Shown: positions 1-8,409 of the stretch, one piece after another | Layout: each line of letters begins with the position of its first letter | Position numbering within the stretch: position 1 is the stretch's first letter | Assembly (NCBI GenBank): GCA_050246315.1 | Contig: JBFWWG010000006.1 | Span: 32,001-96,000 of the forward strand | Source of the DNA: Nitrospiraceae bacterium | Lineage (GTDB): Bacteria > Nitrospirota > Nitrospiria > Nitrospirales > Nitrospiraceae | Reading direction: 5' to 3' | Length of the DNA stretch: 64,000 nucleotides | Translations under genes and position numbers: made by a program | Notes under the pieces: model-generated | Databases searched by the model: none | What the model was told of the DNA's origin: nothing | Seen by the model: only the letters and a program-made list of their open reading frames with translations

Positions 1-3
1 TCA

Positions 4-282
4 TCACTTGAACAGATCGTAGTCGTAGATCGGATGATGGTGCCCGATATATCGGAGTTCCGCCTGGCTCGGGCCAACAAACTTGAAGATCACCCGATAG
101 GCTCGATCCACTCGAAAGCTCCACACTTCGTGATGCTTGGGGTGCAGCTTTTCCGTGTGCAGGGATGGGTGAAACGGGTTGCGTTTGAACAAATCCGTTT
201 TGGAGGCGGCTTTTCGCTGAATGGATGTCGGCAGGTTGTCAAACAGGCGATCAAACGTCGCGGTCGTCGCAATTTCGATCAT
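4..282 (-). CDS. RelE/ParE-family type II toxin
   Basis: 92 aa; 'FKRNPFHPSLHTEKL...WSFRVDRAYRVIF' RelE/ParE-like pattern; directly downstream of a small antitoxin-like ORF. Confidence 0.8.
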   Translation of the reverse strand: MIEIATTATFDRLFDNLPTSIQRKAASKTDLFKRNPFHPSLHTEKLHPKHHEVWSFRVDRAYRVIFKFVGPSQAELRYIGHHHPIYDYDLFK

Positions 283-288
283 GCCCGC

Positions 289-492
289 CTATTTGATCAG
301 TTCGCGCAGGGTCTTCCGTTTCGTGACTCGACCGGCCCGATGATCCCGCTCCGAGGCGTCCAGGGCGTCGAGGAATTCCGGTCGGTACAATCCGATCGAA
401 TCACAGAAGGCTTCGAAGTTGTCCTTCGTGATCTCAATGTTGAGGCGCTTTCGCGTTCGCTTGGTAATCCTGGCTGGAAGCACGACTGCCAT
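289..492 (-). CDS. Putative antitoxin of the RelE/ParE-like toxin
   Basis: 67 aa; ends 6 bp upstream of the toxin; C-terminal 'EFLDALDASERDHRAGRV' typical of small antitoxins. Confidence 0.7.
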   Translation of the reverse strand: MAVVLPARITKRTRKRLNIEITKDNFEAFCDSIGLYRPEFLDALDASERDHRAGRVTKRKTLRELIK

Positions 493-691
493 GGGGTAAG
501 CCCTCTCAGTAGCGGTGTATCAAGTACACAGTCGCGTAGAGAAAGTCAAATGACTCTCAGCAATGCCGAGAGCGGAATACTGAACGATGAGTTGAATGGC
601 ATCGGACATCCGATGCTGGCAGCCGCGTGATGGGGTGGGTGACGGTGAGGTTTTGAGTGCTGAGTGCGAAATGAGAGAACTCTCTGAAAAG

Positions 692-770
692 AGCCCCCTC
701 AACCTTCCCTTCTCTCCCGAGGGAAAAAGGCCGGGTAGCCCTCGCCCCAGCGGGGGGAGGAATCGGGGGG
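692..770. repeat. REP-like GC-rich palindromic repeat, copy 1
   Basis: agccccctcaaccttcccttctctcccgagggaaaaaggccgggtagccctcgcccc... aligns to 1504-1584. Confidence 0.7.
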
Positions 771-846
771 TTGTCCAGATCGCCAGACCAAAGACTCATG
801 AGACATCTGAAACGACGCGGTTGAGTGTCACAGCCCAATAGAGAGG

Positions 847-1269
847 TTAGTCCCAGCAGATCAGATGGAAAGACAGATGACGGTGGATCGCTTGGAAATC
901 GGTTTTGTTACAGGTGATTACGGCCGCTCCGATACTGCGAGCGGTAAGCGCGATCAACACATCCATGGCCAAATCCCGCATCTTGGAACGGTCATAATGC
1001 TCACGCTTCCTGATCACACTCAGGGTCGCTGCAGCCTGAATCCAATGAGCCTCCGTGGAGGTGAGGACTTGGCATCGATTCATCAAGTCCATGACGAACC
1101 GCCGCTCAATCTTCGATTGCGCTCCGCGAAGGAGTTCATGAAGCACGACCGCCGGGCAGCGGACGACGAACGGAGACTGGAGGATTCGAAATGCGAAACG
1201 GCCGGTTCGGAAGTTCTCAATGTAAACCGAGGTGTCGAGAATGGCGAACTTAGGAGTGCTTGAAGGCAT
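847..1269 (-). CDS. vapC: PIN-domain toxin (VapC family)
   Basis: 'ILDTSVYI', 'VLHELLRG', 'DVLIALTA', 'ITCNKTDF' PIN motifs; 140 aa. Confidence 0.9.
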   Translation of the reverse strand: MPSSTPKFAILDTSVYIENFRTGRFAFRILQSPFVVRCPAVVLHELLRGAQSKIERRFVMDLMNRCQVLTSTEAHWIQAAATLSVIRKREHYDRSKMRDLAMDVLIALTARSIGAAVITCNKTDFQAIHRHLSFHLICWD

Positions 1270-1441
1270 CCGGCTTCCCGACGCCGCTGTACCGTTGGAT
1301 CACCCAATCATGCGCAGCCTTTTCGGTGACCAGGTCCAAGGCTCTTTGAAGGGTCTCGCTCGTCGTCCTGGTGCCGAGAGCCTTCTTGGCTCGCTTCAAC
1401 TGGGATGGATTCAGCCTGGCAGACACTTGAACAAGGGCCAT
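1250..1441 (-). CDS. vapB: VapB-like antitoxin (RHH-like)
   Basis: 63 aa overlapping the vapC start; 'LKRAKKALGTRTTSETLQRAL'; GGAGGTG RBS upstream. Confidence 0.8.
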   Translation of the reverse strand: MALVQVSARLNPSQLKRAKKALGTRTTSETLQRALDLVTEKAAHDWVIQRYSGVGKPDAFKHS

Positions 1442-1445
1442 GTGT

Positions 1446-1490
1446 CACCTCCTGTCGGACAGAATACAGACGTTGTCGGACAGCGGTCAA
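1446..1490 (-). promoter_or_regulatory. vapBC promoter with two palindromic operator boxes
   Basis: Minus strand TTGACC-18-TATTCT; TGTCGGACA palindromes at 1453-1461 and 1474-1482. Confidence 0.6.
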
Positions 1491-1503
1491 GCGCTTGGAG
1501 GCA

Positions 1504-1584
1504 AGCCCTCTCAACCTTCCCTTCTCCCCTCGGAGGAGAAGGCCGGAGAGACCTCGCCCCGTTGAGGAGGGGGATAGGATGAGG
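1504..1584. repeat. REP-like GC-rich palindromic repeat, copy 2
   Basis: agccctctcaaccttcccttctcccctcggaggagaaggccggagagacctcgcccc... similar to 692-770. Confidence 0.7.
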
Positions 1585-1720
1585 AGAAGGGATAATGTTG
1601 CCGGCATCGCCAGTAGGATGGTCAGAAAGACCGTCCGTTTCACCCGCGCAACCCCGGAGCGCCAAGACGCGCCTCTCCCCGGGGCGGACTCTTTCAACAT
1701 CTTGCTAGCGGAGGTTGCCC

Positions 1721-3304
1721 GTGATCGTTGACGACCCGGTTCCACCCCGTCCGGTGATTCTGATCGTGGACGACGATCCGGATATCGCCGCCACCTTGAG
1801 CGACTTCCTGGAGCACGACGGCTATCAGGTTCACTCGGCGAGGACAGGAGGCGAGGCCATCCTGCGCGTGGGCGAGCGGTCGTTTGCGGCGGTGTTACTG
1901 GATCTGGGGCTGCCCGATTGCGATGGGTCCGAGGTGCTCGCTGCCATCCTGTCGATGGTGCCGACGCTGCCGGTCATCGTCCTGACCGCCTATTCCACGC
2001 TTGAGCGGAAGGTGGCCAGCCTGGGACATGGAGCCTTCGCGTTCTTGGCCAAACCGTACAATCGCGAGGAATTGCGGTCGCTGTTGCGCCGGGCGGTCGG
2101 GTTCCGGACTCCGCCACGTGGAAGAAGCGCGAACGAGCCGGCCGGGATCGGCGAGGAAGAACGATTCCGATCGATCGTGCAACAGGCTACCGATGCCATC
2201 ATTCTGGCCGATGCGCGAGGGATCATCCTGTCGTGCAACCCGGCGGCCCAGCGGTTGTTCGGCCGCACGGAACCTCAGATGGTGGGGCACCCCCTCACCA
2301 TGCTGATGCCGGCCCGCTACCGTGAACCGCATCAACGGGGCCTGGAGCGCTTCGCCTCCAGCGGCGAAGCCCGTATCCTCGGCAAAACGGTGGAAATGCA
2401 CGCGCTCAGGCAGGAGGACGATGAATTCCCGATCGAGCTCACCTTGACGACCTGGACCAGCCAACAGGGCACGTTCTTCTGCGGAATCATTCGCGACATC
2501 ACCCTTCGCAAGCAGGCCGAAGAGGCTCTCCAACTCAGCGAGCAACGCTACCGGGTCCTGTATGACGACAACCCGTCCATGTACTTCACGATCGATCCCG
2601 AGGGCATGGTGCAGTCGGTCAATCGGTTCGGCGCGGATCAACTCGGGTATGCCGTATCCGAGCTGATCGGCCGGCCGATTTTCACAGTCGTGCACGAAGA
2701 AGACCGCGCGTCGATCCGGCGCCACCTCGCCTCCTGTCTGGCCTTGGACGGGCACGTACTGACCTGGGAATTCCGCAAGGTCCGGAAGGACGGCACGGTG
2801 ATGTGGGTAAAGGAACGAGCCCGCCTCATCCGCGACCATACGGACCGGCCGCTCATCATGATCGTGTGCGAAGACATCAGTGAACGGAAGCAGGCCCAGG
2901 ACGCACTGCACCATCGCGAACAGGGCCTGCACCTGCTGCTCGACAAGGTGCCGGGGATCCTCTGGACCACCGACAGGGACCTGCGCTTCACCTCGTCGCT
3001 AGGCGCCGGCCTGGCGCTGCTCCATCACCGTCCTCACGAGGTGATCGGGATGACGCTGTACGACTACTTCGACAGCAGGGACGACAGCTTCCCGGCCATC
3101 GCTGTCCATCGGCGCGCCCTCGCGGGGGAATCCATCACCTATGAGCAGGACTGGATGGGACTCACGTTCCATACACATGTGGAGCCCCTCCGAAACGACG
3201 CCGGGCAGATTATCGGCACGATCGGCCTCGCGATCGAGCGCACGCCCTATCAACGGGAACAGTCTCCCGAGCCGACGCACCCAGAGCGCCTGGAATCGAC
3301 CTGA
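1721..3304 (+). CDS. Response regulator, REC plus three PAS domains, no output domain
   Basis: 'ILIVDDD...LLDLGLPD...IVLTA...LAKP' receiver; three PAS/PAC repeats; GGAGG before GTG 1721. Confidence 0.85.
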   Translation: MIVDDPVPPRPVILIVDDDPDIAATLSDFLEHDGYQVHSARTGGEAILRVGERSFAAVLLDLGLPDCDGSEVLAAILSMVPTLPVIVLTAYSTLERKVASLGHGAFAFLAKPYNREELRSLLRRAVGFRTPPRGRSANEPAGIGEEERFRSIVQQATDAIILADARGIILSCNPAAQRLFGRTEPQMVGHPLTMLMPARYREPHQRGLERFASSGEARILGKTVEMHALRQEDDEFPIELTLTTWTSQQGTFFCGIIRDITLRKQAEEALQLSEQRYRVLYDDNPSMYFTIDPEGMVQSVNRFGADQLGYAVSELIGRPIFTVVHEEDRASIRRHLASCLALDGHVLTWEFRKVRKDGTVMWVKERARLIRDHTDRPLIMIVCEDISERKQAQDALHHREQGLHLLLDKVPGILWTTDRDLRFTSSLGAGLALLHHRPHEVIGMTLYDYFDSRDDSFPAIAVHRRALAGESITYEQDWMGLTFHTHVEPLRNDAGQIIGTIGLAIERTPYQREQSPEPTHPERLEST

Positions 3305-3334
3305 GCGAGACTGAATCGGTAGGATTGGTGCCCT

Positions 3335-5314
3335 ATGTTCGTCACCTGGCTACTGGTGATGGGCCTCGTCGGTGCTCTCGTGATGTATCAGCCGGCCGGC
3401 GCAGACGAGTCGCAGGAGACCAAGGACCTGTTCGCGTTCATCGGAGAAGAGCAGAACCCGGAGTTGTTTCGGATGGGCGAATTGGTGCGGTCGACCGAGC
3501 AGCCGTTGGGGCCGACTTCGCAGGTCTTCGAAGTGACGGCCCAGGATATTCTCGACCAGAACGCCCGGAGCGTGGCCGACGCGTTGCGCTTCGTCCCAGG
3601 GCTCTACCTGGCGGTCGGAGGCGGCAAGAATCCCTCCTCCGCCGTCATCCGCGGCCTGACCGCGCGACAGACCATCGTGTTTATCGATGGCCGCCCGGTC
3701 TACGATGCGTACTTCGGGGACGTCGATTTGAACAATCTCCCGATCGACAATGTCGATAAGATCAAGGTCGTGAAGGGCCCGGTCGATCCCGGCTACGGTC
3801 CCAACGCCATCGGCAGCGTCATCAACATCGTGACCAAGCGCGGCACTGACGTGCCCACGACCAAGCTGACGGCCTCCTATGAGAGTCACAACACGCAGGA
3901 CTACTGGTTGCAGCACGGGGGCAGCAAGGGCGGCTTCAATTATTTTCTCGCCGGGAGCTATCGACTGAGCAACGGCTTTCCACTCTCCTCGGATTTTCAA
4001 CCCACGCCGGTGCAGCCGAACGACTTTCGGGAAAACTCGGCCTATGAAAAGGGGAACATTTCGCTGAACCTCGGATACGATTTTTCCAAGAACAGCCGTA
4101 TCGCCCTCCTCGCCGGCTATTACAGCGCGGACCTCGAAAACCCGGTGAACATCAACCTGCAAAGCGGCGGGCGCTTGGGCGGCGGGCTCAACTTCACGAA
4201 TTTCCCGACCTGGAAACGGCAATATCTGGATCTCTACGGGACGACGCGGTTGTTCGACCGGTTGGAATTGAGGGGCAACGTCTACTACGACCGCTTCAGC
4301 AACGACCTGGCGTTCTACACCAACCAATCGTTCTCCCAATCCACCGACATCAGCCGGGACAAGAACGACGTCTACGGCACGAACCTGCAGGCAGCCTATG
4401 ACCTGACCAAGCGGTTCCGGCTCAAGGCGGGCACGTTCTTGAAGCAGGACCGGCATCAACGGGAAGGCGTGAACCCGGCCGTTGCGGAAGAGCAGGACTC
4501 GTTTACGACGGACCTCTTCACCGAGGTTGAGTACGCTCCCGTCACGAACCTGCTTGTCACCGCCGGCCTCAACTACGACCTGTTGTACGTTCAGGGGCGC
4601 ACGATCGATGCGATCAGCCCCCGAGGGTCTGTCGTCTACCAGCCGTTCACCAGCACAAGACTACATGCCGTCATCGGCGACAAGAGCCGTCTGCCTCGGC
4701 TCCTGAACGTCTTCAGCGGTATCGGCAACTTGGAGCTCCAGCCCGAACGGAACTTTGCCGTCGAGGCGGGAGCCGACCAGTACTTCTGGGGCGACCGGGT
4801 GCAACTCAGCGCGACGTGGTTCCGTAACGACCTCCGCGACGTGATCGGCTTCGTCCGGCTTCCCGGGAATCTCACCCAGGACCAGAACCTCACCTCGCTG
4901 CTCACCCAGGGGATTGAGACCGGCATCACCGCCAGGCTCTTCAAGGGTCTGTCGTTGTCGGCGGACTATACCTACACCAACATCGATTTCGAGAGCCGCG
5001 GCCAGGCGCCGGCCAACACCTATTTCCATCAGGTCAACTCCCGGCTGACCTATCAGGCTCCGTTCGGCCTCAGCGGATTTCTGCAACTGTCGTATATCGA
5101 CGGCTCGCCGTTCACCGCTGCGGACTTTTCAGCAGGCCGCCAGCCGGCCTATACCAATTTTGTCCTGTTGAACGGGAAGCTCATGTACGAAGTCCGAAAG
5201 GGTATCAAGCCCTTTCTGGCATTCGAGAACCTGTTGGATTCCAACTACGCGCGGGACCCCGGCTTTCCTCAGCCGGGACGGCGCGTGTTCATCGGTCTGC
5301 ATGCGAGCTTCTGA
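3335..5314 (+). CDS. TonB-dependent receptor
   Basis: Signal peptide; plug motifs 'DALRFVPG', 'IRG', 'VFIDGRP', 'IKVVKGP...YG..AIGSVINIVTK'; 'ENLLD..Y...PGRRVF' and terminal Phe. Confidence 0.92.
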   Translation: MFVTWLLVMGLVGALVMYQPAGADESQETKDLFAFIGEEQNPELFRMGELVRSTEQPLGPTSQVFEVTAQDILDQNARSVADALRFVPGLYLAVGGGKNPSSAVIRGLTARQTIVFIDGRPVYDAYFGDVDLNNLPIDNVDKIKVVKGPVDPGYGPNAIGSVINIVTKRGTDVPTTKLTASYESHNTQDYWLQHGGSKGGFNYFLAGSYRLSNGFPLSSDFQPTPVQPNDFRENSAYEKGNISLNLGYDFSKNSRIALLAGYYSADLENPVNINLQSGGRLGGGLNFTNFPTWKRQYLDLYGTTRLFDRLELRGNVYYDRFSNDLAFYTNQSFSQSTDISRDKNDVYGTNLQAAYDLTKRFRLKAGTFLKQDRHQREGVNPAVAEEQDSFTTDLFTEVEYAPVTNLLVTAGLNYDLLYVQGRTIDAISPRGSVVYQPFTSTRLHAVIGDKSRLPRLLNVFSGIGNLELQPERNFAVEAGADQYFWGDRVQLSATWFRNDLRDVIGFVRLPGNLTQDQNLTSLLTQGIETGITARLFKGLSLSADYTYTNIDFESRGQAPANTYFHQVNSRLTYQAPFGLSGFLQLSYIDGSPFTAADFSAGRQPAYTNFVLLNGKLMYEVRKGIKPFLAFENLLDSNYARDPGFPQPGRRVFIGLHASF

Positions 5315-5424
5315 AGTAGAGGAGAATTCCATGAGGCGTGGCGCCGGCGTCGGGAGAGTCGCGAAGTCGAAACAGAGCCCACCGGTTCTCGCAAAGCCTG
5401 GTATGGGAAGAAGGAGAAGAATCC

Positions 5425-5563
5425 CTAGCAGGCTACGGAAAAACTCGATTTGTGTGCTTCGACAGGCTCAGCACGATCGAAAGATATCAGTATATGCAAT
5501 GAATGCTCCGTTCGTCCTGAGGCCCTCGAAGGATGAACGGAGGGTCTTTCCGCATCCTGTTAG
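5425..5563. mobile_element. MITE-like element with REP-type core
   Basis: Terminal inverted repeats ctagcaggctacggaaaaac / gtctttccgcatcctgttag; internal cttcgacaggctcagcacga and gttcgtcctgaggccctcgaagga. Confidence 0.65.
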
Positions 5564-5596
5564 AGGTGTTTCTCGACAGGCGTTCGTTTCGATAAT

Positions 5597-5773
5597 CCGA
5601 TGAATAGCCGCCGGTTTAACCAAAGGTTGGACTGAAAAAGTAGAAACACCAGTGGGGTTCTCCGCGGGCGTCATGTGCACAGAACCCCTGAATAGCCCGC
5701 GGTTCAAGCGTAGCTTGGTATAGAGGGGCTTCGCCCGATGAGCCGCCGGTTCAACCAAAGGTTGGTATGGAGG
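5597..5773. repeat. Three imperfect ~38-bp direct repeats with palindromic core
   Basis: Units at ~5597, ~5686, ~5735; cores AACC-AAA-GGTT, CAAGC-GTA-GCTTG, CAACC-AAA-GGTTG. Confidence 0.8.
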
Positions 5774-5778
5774 AAGCC

Positions 5779-7362
5779 ATGATCACGTCCACCTCCGATT
5801 GTTCCATTCTGATTGTCGACGACGATCCCGACATCGCCTTCACCTTGCAGGAGTTGCTCGAACACGACGGGTATCAAGTCGAGTTCGTCGGTACCGGGAC
5901 CGGAGCCCTGTCCAAGACGAAGGATCGCCACTACAACGCGGTCATTCTGGACCTGGGCCTCCCGGATATGGACGGCTTGGAGGTGCTGGAATCGCTCCAG
6001 CGTCTGGATCCGACCCTGCCGGTGATTATCCTCACCGCCTTCACCAATTCCGAACGGACGGTCGGCTCACTGATGCAGGGAGCCTTCCACTATCTGACCA
6101 AACCCTACAACCGCGATGAACTGCGCGCGACCTTGCGCCGGGCCGTGGGGGTCCAGGCCTTGGCCGTGAAGGCCCGGCAGGTCGAGCATGCCCTCAACGA
6201 AAGCGAGGAGCGATTCCGTGCCATCGTCCAGTCGGCATCGGACGCCATCGTCGTCGGGGACGGCGAGGGGGTGATCGTCTCGTGCAACCGGGCGGCCGCC
6301 GAGCTGTTCGGCTATGAGGAGGACGCGATGGCGGGGCGGCCATTGACCATACTGATGCCGGCCCGTTACCGTGACGCGCACTCCGCAGGCCTGCAGCGAT
6401 TGAAACGGACCGGTGAGAGTCACTTGATCGGCAGAGCTATCGAGCTCCACGGCCTGAAACGAGACGGCGCAGAGTTCCCCCTTGAACTCTCGCTGGCGAC
6501 CTGGACCAGCGCATCCGGCCGGTTCTTCAGCGGAATCATCCGCGACATTACGGAGCGCAAACGGGCCGAAGAGGCCCTGCGCATCAGCGAAGAGCGCCTG
6601 GAGTTGGCCGTCGAAGGTTCGAGCCTGGGCCTCTGGGACAGTCGCCCCCGCCCGGGCCAACCTTGGTCGTCGCCGGATACGCCGGTCTGGTGGTCGGAGC
6701 GTCTGAAGGCTCTACTCGGCTTCGATGAGCAGGAATTTCCCGAGGTGCTGGAAAGCTGGACCGCCCTGCTCCATCCTGAGGATAAGGAGCGGGTTTTTGG
6801 AGCCTTGACCTCCCACATTAACGATGGGCACCCCTATGACGTGGAGTACCGCCTGCGCACCAAGCGCGGGGAATTCCGATGGTTCCGAGCCCGCGGCCAA
6901 GCCACCTGGGACAGTCAAGGCCGGTTCATGCGCATGGCCGGGACGTTGCAGTGCGTGACAGACCGGAAGCGGGCGGAGGAGGCCTTGCGCGAAAGCGAAG
7001 AAATGTTTCGCCAATTGGCCGAACACATCCGCGAGGTGTTCTGGCTGTCGGATCCTGAGAAAACGCGCATCCTCTACGTCAGTCCGGCCTATGAAACCAT
7101 CTGGGGGCGGTCCTGCGGCAGTCTCTACGCCTACCCCGGTTCCTGGATAGAGTCGATCCATCCGGAGGACCAGCCGCGCGTCCGCGAGGCAGCCGTGACG
7201 AAGCAGGTTCGTGGGACGTATGACGAAACCTATCGCATTATCCGCCCGGATCGATCGATCCGCATGATCCGAGACCGGGCCTTTCCCATCTGCAATCGCG
7301 ATGGCCGCGTCTATCGGGTGGCGGGATTGGCCGAAGACATCACCGAACGGACCCGCGAATGA
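5779..7362 (+). CDS. Response regulator, REC plus three PAS domains, no output domain (paralogue of 1721-3304)
   Basis: Intact receiver motifs; REC and first PAS highly similar to the first copy; GGAGG before ATG 5779. Confidence 0.88.
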   Translation: MITSTSDCSILIVDDDPDIAFTLQELLEHDGYQVEFVGTGTGALSKTKDRHYNAVILDLGLPDMDGLEVLESLQRLDPTLPVIILTAFTNSERTVGSLMQGAFHYLTKPYNRDELRATLRRAVGVQALAVKARQVEHALNESEERFRAIVQSASDAIVVGDGEGVIVSCNRAAAELFGYEEDAMAGRPLTILMPARYRDAHSAGLQRLKRTGESHLIGRAIELHGLKRDGAEFPLELSLATWTSASGRFFSGIIRDITERKRAEEALRISEERLELAVEGSSLGLWDSRPRPGQPWSSPDTPVWWSERLKALLGFDEQEFPEVLESWTALLHPEDKERVFGALTSHINDGHPYDVEYRLRTKRGEFRWFRARGQATWDSQGRFMRMAGTLQCVTDRKRAEEALRESEEMFRQLAEHIREVFWLSDPEKTRILYVSPAYETIWGRSCGSLYAYPGSWIESIHPEDQPRVREAAVTKQVRGTYDETYRIIRPDRSIRMIRDRAFPICNRDGRVYRVAGLAEDITERTRE

Positions 7363-7462
7363 GGAGTCTCGATTCACAGGGGCAGGCCTGGTGCCGTGAC
7401 TCGCCGGGGACATCGCACCGCGGCGGGGCACGGGACTTCGCTCTGGAAAGGCCGGCCTTGAC

Positions 7463-8401
7463 GTGAACCGATGGCGCTCCACCCCATGGTCGCTCATTCT
7501 GGCGCTCTCGCTCGCGTGGCTGTTCGCTCCACCCTTCGCATCAGTGAGCACGGCCTCCGAGATCGCCATCCTGAAATCCTCCGATCTCTCCGCCTACAAT
7601 CAAGCCGTCGAAGGCTTCCGCTCCGCCGCTGCCCACGACAACCTCACGTTCCGCGAATATGATCTGGAAGGAGACCTGGAACGCGGACGCAAGCTTGCGC
7701 GCCGCATCCGCGCATCCGACGCAGCGCTCGTGTTGGCCGTGGGGGTGAAGGCGGCACTCGCCGCCAAGCTCGAAGTGCTCGATGTTCCGGTCGTCTATTG
7801 TCTCGTGCTCGACCCCGATAAGTACGACCTCTCCGCGTCCAACGTCTCCGGCATCTCGCTCGAAGTCCCCCCGGCCCAGCAATTCAGCACCATGAAGGCG
7901 ATTTTGCCGAAGCTCAAGCGAATCGGCGTCCTGTACGATCCCAGCAAGTCTGCCCGGTTGATGCAAGAGGCCACCATGGTGGCCAAACAGCAAGGCCTTG
8001 AGTTGCTGGCCCAGCCGGTTTCGTCCGAACGCGAAATTCCCCCGATGCTGCGCTCCCTGCTCCCGCTGGTCGATGCCCTGTGGCTCGTCCCCGATACCAC
8101 CGTGCTCAGCGAAGAATCCCTCCCGTTCATTCTTCAGGAGAGCTTGGACGCCAACCGGTCGGTCTTCGGCTTTTCCTCCGAGTTTGTGAAGAGGGGAGCG
8201 CTCCTCGGCATCTCCGTGAACTATCGCGACATCGGGAAACAGGCGGCGCGGCTGTCCAGGCGCATTCTGGACCGGCAGGTCGTGCCGCCGATCAAAGCGG
8301 TGCCGGACCATTTTACTCTGACCCTCAACCTCAAGACCGCTCGCTTCCTCGGCCTCGACATTCCTCCAGAAATCGAGCGACGCGCGGACGAGCGCTATTA
8401 G
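7463..8401 (+). CDS. ABC-type periplasmic substrate-binding protein (ABC_sub_bind-like)
   Basis: Signal peptide; 'KRIGVLYDP', 'DALWLVPDTTV', 'VKRGALLG', 'LTLNLKTARFLGL'. Confidence 0.85.
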   Translation: MNRWRSTPWSLILALSLAWLFAPPFASVSTASEIAILKSSDLSAYNQAVEGFRSAAAHDNLTFREYDLEGDLERGRKLARRIRASDAALVLAVGVKAALAAKLEVLDVPVVYCLVLDPDKYDLSASNVSGISLEVPPAQQFSTMKAILPKLKRIGVLYDPSKSARLMQEATMVAKQQGLELLAQPVSSEREIPPMLRSLLPLVDALWLVPDTTVLSEESLPFILQESLDANRSVFGFSSEFVKRGALLGISVNYRDIGKQAARLSRRILDRQVVPPIKAVPDHFTLTLNLKTARFLGLDIPPEIERRADERY

Positions 8402-8409
8402 AGGAGCTC

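Noticed and set aside
5597..5773. Triple repeat as a mini CRISPR array
   Set aside because: Units are divergent, the gaps are very unequal (about 50 and 10 bp), and there are no cas genes
8080..8409. N-terminal extension of the histidine kinase in the ORF track
   Set aside because: Overlaps the binding-protein gene in another frame; the RBS supports ATG 8410
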